Under the pieces are notes generated by a model. It searched no databases and had not been told where the DNA came from. It saw only the letters and a program-made list of their open reading frames with translations. From Bispira polyomma (Eukaryota), in the NCBI GenBank assembly GCA_965649765.1, contig OZ287752.1, forward strand, positions 77,562,001 through 77,626,000: a DNA stretch of 64,000 nt, read 5' to 3'. Made by a program: the position numbers and the translations under genes. Positions 12,257-23,665 of the stretch are shown here, piece by piece. Positions within the stretch are counted from its first letter, which is position 1; each line of letters begins with the position of its first letter.

Positions 12257-13835
12257 TACACCATACTACATGTCCCAACATTTGGGATAATTTTTTATAG
12301 TTATCCGGCGTGTTCGTCCAGCGGGATAGCAGATCAGCACACATGTTGTTCTGGCCTAAAATATGAATGACTTTTAATTCCACATCGAAATAACTTGCCA
12401 GCATAAAAATGTTACGAGCATACAGTGCTAAAATAGGGTCCCTGGTACGGCCTGTGGTTAGGACACTGACAACTGCCTGATTATCACATTTTATTAACAC
12501 ACGTTGAGTGTGCCAATGGACACCCCATACTTTGAGGGCTACTAGGATGTTCAGCATCTCAAGAGAGGCAATGTTCAAATGTTGTAGATTTTTTGGAATA
12601 TCTAGAGTATAGACATGACTGCCATAAACTCCCCCCATGCCTGTGAGACAAGCGTCCAACTCAATGACAGCTGAAATAGGTTTATGGTAGAAAAAGGTTA
12701 CCCCATTAAATTTGTCCAAAAATACCTGAAACCAATTGAGGTCTTTTCTAAATTCTGTGGTAACTTTTATGTGCTTATACTGGTGATTATCCCTGAGTAG
12801 CTGAAGCATTCTGTTTAGGAAAAAACGTGCATATTTTACACACTTTGATACATAAAGTAGTGATCCAAGTAAACATCGGAGTTCCCTTTTACTACTATAT
12901 TTTTTGTTATTCCACTGAGCACATATATACTTAATATTTTGCAATTGTTCCTCAGGAATGGAGTTTGTAAATGCGACAGTGTCAATGACTATACCAAGCC
13001 ATGTAACACGAGTATTTGGTGGTACCAATTATTTATTGCTAAGGGTGAGACCAAGCTCGGACAGCAGCACCTGTAAACGTTCATAAGTAGTATATATTTT
13101 ATTGGGAGTTGAACAACATAAGATGTCGTCTATGTAGTTCAGCACCACGTGACCTCCGTCTGCATAATATACCGGATTCCATCTGAAATTCTTTGAAATA
13201 TGGCGGATCCATGCTTGTACCCGAAGGAGAGGGATCCATCTACATAATAATTTTTCCAGAAAAGACCCAATAAGTCAATATCTCCAGGATCAATGGTCAC
13301 ATGACGGAAAGCGCGACTCACATCAGCCTTAAATAACAGAGAACCCCTGCCGTGAAGAAGGACTTGACTAGTGATATTATCAATAGAGGGGTAAGTTAAT
13401 AAAAATTCATTGTTCAAATACATGTTAGGAGTAACGCCAGAATTGACAGATTTGCCTATTGGCCAGCTTAGATCTATAATAACACGGCGTTTGTCTGAAC
13501 TGGATTTATCCCTTGTCATAAACGGGGATGTATGGAGGTTGGAAATAGGTGGGTCTTTGAAGGGGCCATATATTGCCCCATATTTGCATTCTTCCTTTAA
13601 ATAATGGTCCACATGAGCAGGAAATTATTTAGCTGAAGTATGGTTGATGGGATCCGAATCAGGATTACATTGTCGGTTATAATCTAAAGGGAATCCAAAT
13701 TTAATCAGTAAGGGAAGTTCGCAGTCCCAGTACTCGGTTAAATATTTTGCCCAAACCTTGGCATTAAGTTGAGACTGTATTGGAATTTGTAAACCCCTAT
13801 AATTAGGGCGACCATCTTCCCTGAGCTGCCTATGT
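12216..13835 (-). pseudogene. Reverse transcriptase - RNase H (pol) of the YR retrotransposon
   Basis: GRPNYRGLQIP..SQLN...W...L.EYWD..L..LIKFGFPLD, NHTSA, SPFMTRDK, RRVIIDLSWP, KADVSRAFRH, FGYKHGS, frameshift, then LNYIDD (13125-13136), TWLGI.IDT, DACLTGMGG, NIASLEMLN, CDNQAVV, HILG..N.CADLLSR; in-frame stops at 13625 and ~13030. Confidence 0.95.
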
Positions 13836-14371
13836 ACAAAATTTTGCGGCCAATCGACATTCTTTTTAATATGTACATCAGAAGTACCCCCCCTTTGAGA
13901 TTTGAGTTTACCTGTCCCGCTTAACTGACCCAACTGTTGTAATTGAAGTAATCGTTGGTCTACTTGTAGTTGTAGATCAGAGTTCGTTTTAAGGAAGTCT
14001 AACGTGGGAATTACAGTATCTGAAGCTGGGGCAACACTATTCACTGTACTGGAAAGGTTAACTGAATCGGTCTTACGTGTCTGTGAGGTGCTGGGTGAGC
14101 ACAGCGCCGCCTCCGTGACTCGGACTCGTTGGTCCATACTGTCGAGTTTCTGGTTCATGGCCTGCAACTGTATGAGGATCTGATTCGAAACATTATCACT
14201 AGCATGATCAGCAATGGATAATACCTAATCCCCTGAGTCCGAGTCACTGGCGACGCCCGTGTCACTCCCCTCAGCACCAGACAGTGGCTCCTGTATTTGT
14301 TGTACCCGACAGTTCCTCCCAACAGGTCTCTCGTGCATTACATTACATAGAACACAATGGTACACTGGCAT
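13836..14371 (-). pseudogene. gag-like ORF1 (N-terminal half) of the YR retrotransposon
   Basis: ATG at 14371 gives MPVYHCVLCNVMHERPVGRNC (CxxC-H-C putative zinc knuckle); premature TAG at 14225-14227; continues in frame into the coiled-coil-like ORF 13625-14167 and KLKSQRGG...VDWPQNFV. Confidence 0.75.
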
Positions 14372-14598
14372 GACGACACGTAAAAAGTTTTAAAACACTT
14401 AAAAGTAGGGTAGTAAAAGCCCCAAACTTGTAAAACAGTGTTACTCCTAGTAAAATTTTTAGTTTAAAGATGGCTGCCAGTTGGCGGCAATCTCTTTTAT
14501 ACTGCCCTCCCTGACCTTTTGTGTCCTAATTGCCACTTCTAGTCTGGTACCAGAACTGAGAGGGGTGACGCCTGGGCGTCACCCCCCCCCCCCCCCCA

Positions 14599-14765
14599 CT
14601 CTCACCAATGTGGGTCTGAATCCTATTCATTCCTTCAAAGTGGAAAAGTTTGTCGCATACTTTGTCGGTAGTCTACAGGGCTTCAGCACTGGTACCTTCC
14701 ACCATTAAATCTTGCAGTATCGATATGACCTGAGCAGTTAAAAGAGACCTATAACCCAAGTTCAT
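14599..14765 (+). mobile_element. tRNA-derived SINE, family B, 5'-truncated
   Basis: ctcaccaatgtgggtctgaatcc...gtggaaaagtttgtc...ttccaccattaaatc...atatgacctgagcagttaaaag matches family B copies at 21035-21243, 30220-30421, 37140-37313, 49655-49815. Confidence 0.75.
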
Positions 14766-14844
14766 TCGAATTATTTTTGGTGTATTGGAATTTTAGTTTT
14801 GCAAATTTTGGTTGGGTTTCACATGAATAAAAATTTGAACACCT

Positions 14845-15697
14845 TACCTTATGATTACACGATTTGATTTAATGATGGATGACACCAGAGCTGAAGTGCT
14901 GTAAACCACTGGGAGTACGGAACTTTGCCCACAGGACCTTTGCCCACAAGGAACTTTGCCCACAACAATTTTTACATGGGAGAAACTTTGCCCACAATAT
15001 AATAATAAAATATAAAATAATAACCATAAAAATAAGTTGTTGTTTTTTATTGAATTTAATTTAAACAGTATATAATATCTACAATATGATATCTTATACA
15101 CTGTCATAAATAATAACCATACAAATAAGTTATTATTATTTTATTGAATTTATTGAATATAATGTAAATAGTATATAATATCTACAATATCGACAGTTGA
15201 CAGCACTTTGTACAGACTTCAGAAATAGTCAATTGCATTATAATATCCTGAGCAGTTTTCTAAGGGGAAAATTAAATGTAATAAGAAAAATACATCTAAA
15301 GAAGCAAGACAGCTTTTGGTAAAGGTCAATTAATGTTTGATCTCTTTTTGAAACTATTATGTTCTGAGCAGTTATCTAAGGTGAGTATTAATTTCAATAA
15401 AAAAAGAAAATGTCTTTGTGGTGGGCAAAATTTATATTGTGGGCAGAAGTCCTGCCCTGTAAAAATGGTTGTGGGCAAAGTTCCTGTGGGAAAAGTCCCT
15501 GTGGGAAAAGTCCCTTGTGGGCAAAGTTCCTGTGGACAAAGTTCCTGTGGGCAAAGTTCCTGGATTCAAACCACTGACCTACGGCTAGGACCTGACAAAC
15601 TTTCCCACATAAGGGAACTGACAGTGTTCAATTCCAAATTGGTGAGAGGCCAGTGTTTGTAAGCGGAAGGTTCTAACATTAACACCACCATGGCCCC
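14845..15697 (-). mobile_element. SINE family B interrupted by a Mutator-like MITE
   Basis: Head and body at 15568-15697 (reverse complement ggggccatggtggtg...cactggcctctcaccaa...tgtgggaaagtttgtcag); 3' body resumes at 14911 (tgatttaatgatgga). Confidence 0.75.
14912..15567. mobile_element. Non-autonomous DNA transposon with 9-bp TSD (Mutator/MULE-like) and subterminal 15-bp tandem repeats
   Basis: Perfect TSD AAACCACTG at 14903-14911 and 15568-15576; arrays of ggaactttgcccaca on the left and its reverse complement tgtgggcaaagttcc on the right; AT-rich core. Confidence 0.85.
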
Positions 15698-17635
15698 GGT
15701 ATGGCAAAATACTTGGCCAGATATTGCTGATTTGCCAGTAAGTAACAAAGAACTCAGCAAATCTCTCATCATCAAGTAATCAAGTAAAGTCCCCACACTT
15801 CTTGTCCATAGTCAATATGAAGACGAAAATAGCTTGAGGTCTTCTGTTGTTGAAATATGACCAAGTTTATTCCAGATAGATATTACACTATTTCCTTTGG
15901 TGGTAAAGTATATAGTGAAGTAGAGTTACAGTTATACTAGCTTGAAGATCCCTGTTGAACCATATTTTATCTTTAGCTTTACAGAAACCAAATAGCAAAT
16001 GATATTAGTGTATTAAAAACAAACACAACAAAATATCCATATATGTAAGACAGGTACACATCTGTTGTGTGGTATACCTGTATGTTTTTATATGTGTAAA
16101 GGTGTACACATAATTGCACTGAATATCTACCTTTTTCACTAAGCTCTTGCCAGGCTAGTGATTCTTTGTAGATATTTTATTCGTTTGTTTTTGGTTGTAT
16201 CAGACTTGTAAGTGGTTTAGTAGAACACTTAGTCCCCCCCTCTCTTAAAACAGATACTCTACCCAAAGTGTCAGCAAGATTGAGCTGCAGTACAGCCTCA
16301 AATGCAACAACAAGGATTACTAGAAATGGAAAAGGGGGAAAGGGACGAACCTTTTTGTGTGTGGAGGGAGGTATTAATGTAAACCTATGCTTAGTCCAAG
16401 GTTGTAAAAGTGAAATAATGGAATTACAAAATTGGGTTAATTAAACTGTTAACCTAATACCATAAACCTTATTATGTCCTACTGAGTCACCTTATGGTGA
16501 CCTTAACTTAGGATTAAGGTCACCAACAATGATCCACCAAAATAAAAAGTTTTTTTAAGTTTTTAATTAGGAAATAATTTGACCTTGAAAGTGATATTTA
16601 ATTTAGAATATATATCTAGATGTCCATATATACATGGTCCTTTTCTATATGACCATTTCTGTATGCTTTGTTTTTGTTGGTTGGTGTCGCTCACCACATT
16701 TATGTAAATAAATAATATATATATAAGTCACTTGTGTGATGTAATCAAATTGGAAAGATCTTGTATGCTTGGTTTAATATATACATTTTTGTCAGTTGAA
16801 TAAACTGGCCATTTCAATCCACATCTTGTGTTTTCATCTTAGTTGATAAATATTCCTGAATTCGGGCTGGTATAAATATATATTATGAGTAAAAAACTAG
16901 AAGCACCTGGTATTCCATGTTCCATTCCCTTCAGCAAATGTCATGACAATGTATTTAGCAGTTTTTGTGTAATTCTGGTGACAAAACAATAAAACAGGCC
17001 AATGAACGGTAAACTCCATGCATGTCAATAAATGTTAATAGATATCAAAACAAACCATAATTACATTAATGCATTGAGGAATTGTTTTTAATGCATCAAA
17101 TTGTAATTGTAATGCACTTACTGCCCCCTCCCCTGCTACCCCACGTATATGGATTGTGTGCCATTTTACCATTTATCAAGGTCTGTATATGTTTGTGTGG
17201 GTGTAAAAGGTCATCTTGTTTACATGGACATTATTTAGCTCCCTTTTTTGCTTAATAGAAATTACAAACAACAAAATAACAAGAACAATAGAATCACTAC
17301 CTTGTATTGGACATCACAATATCTATATAATAAGCCCATAAACTGCATACCTACAGCATGATGAAACAGGATATGAAAACTGAAACTTATATAAAATAAT
17401 ATGCCAGACCAACATGTTCCATGTTGTGTCAACTAAGAATTGATATCTTGACACTTGAGATATAGGGATGGGTAGATACATCCGAGTAGGCCTAGTTCAA
17501 TTACACCTGCTGTAAAATGTTGACTTAGTCATGTAATTCAACAAACCATAAAGTAAGTTAATAAGTGGTATCTAAAAGTTACTAACTGGTATCTATAAGT
17601 TACTAACTGGTATCTACAGTAGAATATATAGACTT

Positions 17636-17897
17636 TGAATTTAGTTGGGTTCTACGTCACCTTTTAACAGCTTAGATCATATCACTACGGCCATATTTAA
17701 GGGTAGAAGAAACCAGTGTGGAAGCCAATGAATTTAGTTGGGTTCTACGTCGCCTTTTAACAGCTTAGATCATATCATTACGGCCATATTTAAGGGTAGA
17801 AGAAACCAGTGTGGAAGCCAATGCGTAAACCACCGACATATGGCAAGTATTTGACAAACTCTGTAGATTTGAACCCACACATTGGTAAGAGGCCAAA
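17636..17897 (-). mobile_element. SINE family B fragment whose 3' 93 bp is tandemly duplicated (17636-17728, 17729-17821)
   Basis: tgaatttagttgggttctacgtc.ccttttaacagcttagatcatatc... occurs twice with two mismatches, then continues into aaaccaccgac...gacaaact...gaacccacacattggtaagaggcca. Confidence 0.85.
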
Positions 17898-18457
17898 TGA
17901 GTATATACTAAGAGTGTGACTTCTGAGCCCATATTAGGTCTGAGTATTTTCTGTATCTTTCTTGTTCATTGTTAACTATTGTTACCTATTGCAATAATGC
18001 AAGTCACTATAATAAAATAAATTAATTAAACTGGAGTTGGTCTGGACTTTTCCTTTGAATTATTGTTATACACAGGTTACACTTATGCTCCATTTATATA
18101 ACTAATACAGTTTGTGGTAGTGACACTTTATACTATTTACATAAACATTCAGGTTTGTCAGTGGTCACCATATGCAAGCCTCTCTATAAGCCCACCACCC
18201 TTACATTTATTTTTATCTCTGATGAAATCTTTGACAAATACCACATTAGGTTTGAAATAAGATTAAAATCGATGGCGCTGTTGTCTCAGAATGCAAGGTT
18301 CCCCTACAATTAGATTTAGTGTCAATTAACATTTAGACAATAGTCTTGTGCTAAATCTTACATATACCCATGCAAAGGGGACATACAGTCCTAAAAAGGA
18401 CACACCCTGAATATATTGATGTTTGTCACAGCACACTCCATCCAAGGGATGCCACCA

Positions 18458-18790
18458 TACCAAGGAGTCAAACCAGGAACCTTCTGATGACCAGACCAAC
18501 TCCCATAACCAGGAGTCAAACAAGGAACCTTCTGATCACCAGACCAACTCTTTAACCAGGAGTCGAACAAGGATCCTTATGATCACCAGACCAACTCCCC
18601 CAACTAGAATCGAACCTGGAAACCTTTGATCACAAGACTAACTCCCTTAACTGAGATTCAAACAAGGAACCTTCTGATCACCAGACCAACTCCCCCAACC
18701 AGAAGTCAAACCAGCAACTTTCTGATCACCAGACTAACTCACCCAACCAGAAGTAAACCAGGAACCTTCTGACCACCAGACCACCCAGAC
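18458..18790 (-). repeat. Minisatellite, ~7 x 47-48 bp, derived from the tRNA-like head of SINE family C
   Basis: Unit accaggagtcaaaccaggaaccttctgatcaccagaccaactcccNtA; same motif is the head of SINEs at 45600-45660 and 63895-63955. Confidence 0.85.
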
Positions 18791-19492
18791 TAGTGTCGAT
18801 TATCTGTACCTGTATTTCATTTACATCACATTTTTCGACCCATATACAAACAAGTGTATGTGTATTCAACACATAACTATCCACACACAGAGTATACAAA
18901 ACACCAACAGAAGCACTTCCCAAAGTAAACAATAAACTATTAAATTCTCTATTTAATATAATGATCAGAAAGAGATTTTGCTACACTGTATGAAATCATA
19001 TACAAATCAAGTACAAACAACTGCCGATCTAAGCGGAGCCAACTTTGGCTGAAAGCGCTTTGATAAAAAAAGATACTGCAACGAGTTGGTTTCAATTACG
19101 GACACTGCAATACTGTCAAATGTTGTTAGCGCTTAACACTTAAAGGTCATCAGAGCTATGAAATTGAAATACAATATATATATATATATGTGTATGTATT
19201 AAAAATTTTTATTGATAGTTAGCTTTTTGTAGATAATATATATTTACTGGCTGGTAAATAGGTTTTGTCTATTTTTTTGGCAATGTTTGGGTAAATGTTT
19301 TTATGATTTTCTTTTCATAACACACACCCATTGTATTTCTAGGGTAGTTCAGATTTGATTTTTAACAGATATTTTTTCCACATACAGTGCCATTATATGT
19401 AAAAAAATACGAATTAACTTTCTGTGCACTGTTTCTATTTTTTTCATGCTGGGAAAATGAAAATTATATTTTTCTGGGGTTTTTTTTTGTAA

Positions 19493-20120
19493 GCCTACGC
19501 TTCCTTTCATCTGATACATATACTCAAAATTCGTCGAATGTTGACTGTAAAAATTGCAGGAGAAAGCCTATTTTATTTTGATTACTGTGATGCTTTTTCC
19601 ATTTAAATCTGTTGAGAAACAGATATATTTACACTTAAATAAAGGTACCCATATTTACTTCCTTTTTTGCTTTTTTGTAAGTTGTGACGTAGCTGCAAGA
19701 CTATCGTCATTATGACGTTGCTATGAAGTTCCATTCACAGTAGAAGGGGAAGTTAAATTGTGTACCCTTCTGTAAACTTAAATATCTGAGTCTTTCTTAA
19801 AGGATTTTGGTGGGGAAAAAAAACACAGTAATCACAATAAAATGAGCTTTCTTATGCCATTTTAAAGTCAAAATCTGACGAATATTGAGTATACTTTGGA
19901 TGAAAACTATACCTAAATCACACTGTGTTTTGTCCAGTTTTTTTTTCAAAATCGGTCAGTCCTCCCGATTTTCACCTCGCTGACAGATAAAATCTGTTGG
20001 TCCAACAGACGCCGGCCGATGTCTGATCTGTTGCAAATATGCTGAAAGGAAGCGCTTGGTCATATTATGTAGTGAGCAATAAAATCGGCCGAGAAAAACA
20101 TGCTGAAAGGAAGAGTAGGC
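19493..20120. mobile_element. PIF/Harbinger-like MITE, TAA TSD, with long internal inverted repeat
   Basis: TIR gcctacgcttcctttca / tgaaaggaagagtaggc; TAA at 19490-19492 and 20121-20123; homologous to 57812-58472. Confidence 0.88.
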
Positions 20121-20122
20121 TA

Positions 20123-20722
20123 AGGGAATTAGTCTGGTGACCAGAAAGTTTGACTCCTGGCATTAAATTTACTGAGAATTTCTGCACGAAAAGTGGCTTT
20201 CTAATGGGAATTTACAAGAGCTATTAAAGTTACGATCTTGTTCACCTTTTTAACAGTATTCATGCAAATGCTCCTGCAAATTTAATTGATCTCCCACCAC
20301 CGTCCAAGTCAACCTTTGTTCGTCAAATACCATGCCGTTTTTGTGAAACTCAAACCATTTCAAAATTTGGAGACAGATGCTTTCACAACACTTCATCAAA
20401 ACTGTGGAATAAACTAGACATTCAATATACTATTAAAGACACATATTTTTAGGACAAAATTCTGACTCTTTCCAATACATATTTTGATACATGTTATTGT
20501 AATTCTTCTTTTCTTTCTCTATTTCACATTTTAGATCATCATATTTTTAATTTACAATTCCACTTTCAATTACCTATGCTATATTGTGGCACACTTTAAT
20601 TGCTCCTGTAAATTCCCACAAGAAAGCCACTATACGTGCAGAAGCATTTTGAACATGCTGAGTTAATTCTCAGTACATTTAATGCCAGGAGTGAAACCTT
20701 CTGTTGACCAGACAAACTCCCT
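20123..20722. repeat. Inverted-repeat cassette (arms 20123-20230 and 20593-20722) enclosing a LINE 3' remnant
   Basis: Arms align as reverse complements with one ~21-bp indel; interior translates FGDRCFHNTSSKLWNKL (CR1/L2-group C-terminus). Confidence 0.75.
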
Positions 20723-21034
20723 AAAACCAGGTACAGCTAAAATACGATAAAAAAATAGACAATAGCATTTAATTGAATTCGATGGAGATTTACAATACTA
20801 TCTCTGGTTACCTTAAATAAAACTGCTTCAAATACAACCAGATGCTGAACTTTCATAGGACCTCCCTCCTCAAACGATGAGACAAACATTTAGAGAATTT
20901 TCTATTTTAGAAATATTTGTAGCAATCGTCATGTATGTGGTTGCCTCGGATGTGATTACCATATGCATAGACAATATATTTATATAGGATGTATATTTTT
21001 TGTAGGCGTAAAAGTTTGGATTGTCTTTTGAATG

Positions 21035-21243
21035 TAGTTTAAGTTTTACAGAGCTTCAAAAGGTTAGTTTATATCACGATGGTCAGATTCAATGGTGGAA
21101 AAAACCACTTACCTACAGCATGCGGCTAGCCAGTAACTGATAAGCTTTCCTACTTGTAGGAATGAACAGGATTCAAACCTACATTGGTCAGAGGCCAGTG
21201 CTTATTGAGTGGATACTTCTAACCACTAGTCTACCATGATCCC
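21035..21243 (-). mobile_element. SINE family B
   Basis: Reverse complement has tagtggttagaag (A-box-like), cactggcctctgaccaatgtaggtttgaatcc (B-box-like) and ttccaccattgaatctgacc. Confidence 0.75.
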
Positions 21244-23665
21244 TAATTTAAGTTTTGGATCATACTGTAGCAGACCTGGTTTTTCTTATTCCATATTGTA
21301 GAACAAATGCATCCCAGGATAAAATATCAACTTAGCACTATATAGATGCTCTAAATAATAAATGATTTGGTATCAACACAAGACATATCTCCTGATAATC
21401 ATCTGTGTTAATTAGATGTATCTATCAAACCTGTTATGATTCACTATCATGTATAACCAGTTAAATCACAAACAAACAACATACCATGACTGTTGTGATG
21501 GATGTGGCATCACAAACTTGATTTGGGCTTATCTGGTTATTGATGTAAACTGGACCATGAGTTATCATTCAGTTGAGTGAGCTTATGATGTGTTCTTAGT
21601 CAATTATACATGTGTATATGCATAGATATATTTGTTTTAAAATAGAAACACAATATCAACCAATTTCAGCTGTACAGTCAATATAGAATCTGTGTCTCTA
21701 CCTGTGACCTTATGTGATCTTGAAAGTTAAGCAAGGAAGGCAAGTGAAGTTATTAATTTTATTCTACTTATATACAGACCACAAGTTTAGGACCCTCTTA
21801 CAGTAGTTTAGTTTAAGTCAAGTAAATGAGTTTGAAGTGAACTTAAATTCATGTAGTACTGTCCATATTTTAATGTTTACTTATATTCACCTTAGAATTT
21901 TCTACAGTAGTTTAGGTACCAACTATAATACTATGTTATCTATATTACAATACTCTCTCTTTTAGGCTTTAGGAGAAACCTAAAACATACCTCTTCAACC
22001 TGGTCAACCCTATATAACATTCTCTGGTGCATGCTTGCTTACCCCATTGATGGCAACCTGAATTAGATTAGGATCATTCATTTCTTGTCTTATTGTCAAT
22101 GATGTTACATTTTAGAATATGAATTAAACATCTACATTCGCTTCACCATATATATCTTTTGTAGAAAAATGTCTGGTTTGGTCAATGTAAACTATCATAC
22201 CTGTATTTTTATAACGGTATTCAGGTCGCTTACCCCAATTCTCTTTGGTCACAGAAATTTCCCACTCTGTTTACCACAATGAATATGAACTCACATACGG
22301 TCATAAAATATTCCTAAAGCTTCAACACTTTGTTCCTTATGTAGTTAAAGACTTATATATTTATGTTAACAAGTCCATTACTTGTTACCTCTTAACATAG
22401 GTATGCACTTAGCATATTCCATATACATGTGCTTTTTATCCTCAAGTGTAATATAGCTGAAATTCCTGTTTCCAAAGATAATATCAGCCATACATCCACA
22501 CTAAAAAATTCAAATACATCATAAATTAAAAGGCACCATTAATCAAAATTAGTTCATGAATTAAGTTACAAAGGGGAGGGGAGGGGGGATCAATGGGGCG
22601 AACTTACTAGAAATGTTCAGGCCGAAAAGTCTGGCACTCTTTATAATAAAGGGCCAGTGGTGGTATGTACGGGAGAGGGGTCCATTCAAACTCTCAGACC
22701 TGTTCAGGTTATGTTTTCTGCTTGCTGTGTAGAGAGTACTGTTGATGGATGACCTAGTGATCCCTCTTGTTTTGATGACCCCCTACTACAGCTGTTTTCA
22801 CACTGCATGTCCTCCCCTAGTCAGAAACACAACCTGGAAATGAAAGAAGTATAATTTGCTGAAAAGCAGGTAAAAGAGGCTGCGTGCTATTCATATATTG
22901 TCATCAGCATAATACACATTTATTGTTATCAATTCCCTGGAAATGACTCAGATATGAAGCCAAGGGAACATTAGGTAGAAATAGAATGGGTTGGGGTAAA
23001 GAACAAAGTACATATGTGGGTGTATTTAGAGTGTTGTGTTTACTGCTACCTAATCTAGAAACTCTCCAGATTAAGTGGATTCCAGTGAAGACACTAATTG
23101 TTTACGACAGGTAGACATTAATGGATGAAGTGCCATAACACCATAGTGTTGTTTTTAGTTCTCATTGTATTACTCGTTCTCATAATAAATGAGATTTAAG
23201 ATAGCCAATTTTAGTTTCCTGATAATCTTTTTAAACATTCATTGCAATGTTAATGCACTAATTAGAGAAAAAAAGCAGAATGGGAAAATTAGTCAGCATT
23301 TCTGTACTGCAAACCATAAACCTTAAGCAAATCTACAGCCGATTTTCCCACATACATGTCAAGTCAAACTTTCGTTACCTTTCATATAGTAATAATATTC
23401 TAGAAATGTCTTCTTGGCTCTGATAGTCCGCGACAAAGGCCTAACTGACTAAAGATGCTCGGCAGTCAGATCTAGTATTTTGTAATTTCATGTATATATC
23501 ATATTATACATGTAATGCTAATATTATATAAACGCTGTATTTGTACATTTAACATATTTTTTACATGTAAACTTTCTCAAATGCCACAAGTGCCTCGCTG
23601 GGTGGTGCTAGCTGACCCAAATTTAGCATATGTTAGCTTTAAACCATAGATTATTCTGTAAGGAT

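Larger units (their letters stand above)
9730..14598 (-). mobile_element. Tyrosine-recombinase retrotransposon (DIRS order, Ngaro-like), decayed; outer boundaries approximate
   Basis: Order on minus strand gag - RT - RNase H - YR, with YR overlapping the RNase H stop and no methyltransferase domain after RNase H; TATA-like TATAAAAG upstream of gag; long AT-rich 3' region. Confidence 0.9.

Noticed and set aside
15421-15562. CRISPR-like or Cys-rich peptide repeat (ORF 15333-15662, GKVP/CGQSS repeats)
   Set aside because: No unique spacers; units are subterminal repeats of a TSD-flanked MITE with a mirror array on the other arm.
18370-18932. Repetitive ORFs or CRISPR-like array
   Set aside because: Head-to-tail 48-bp SINE-derived minisatellite without spacers; ORFs arise from the period being a multiple of 3.
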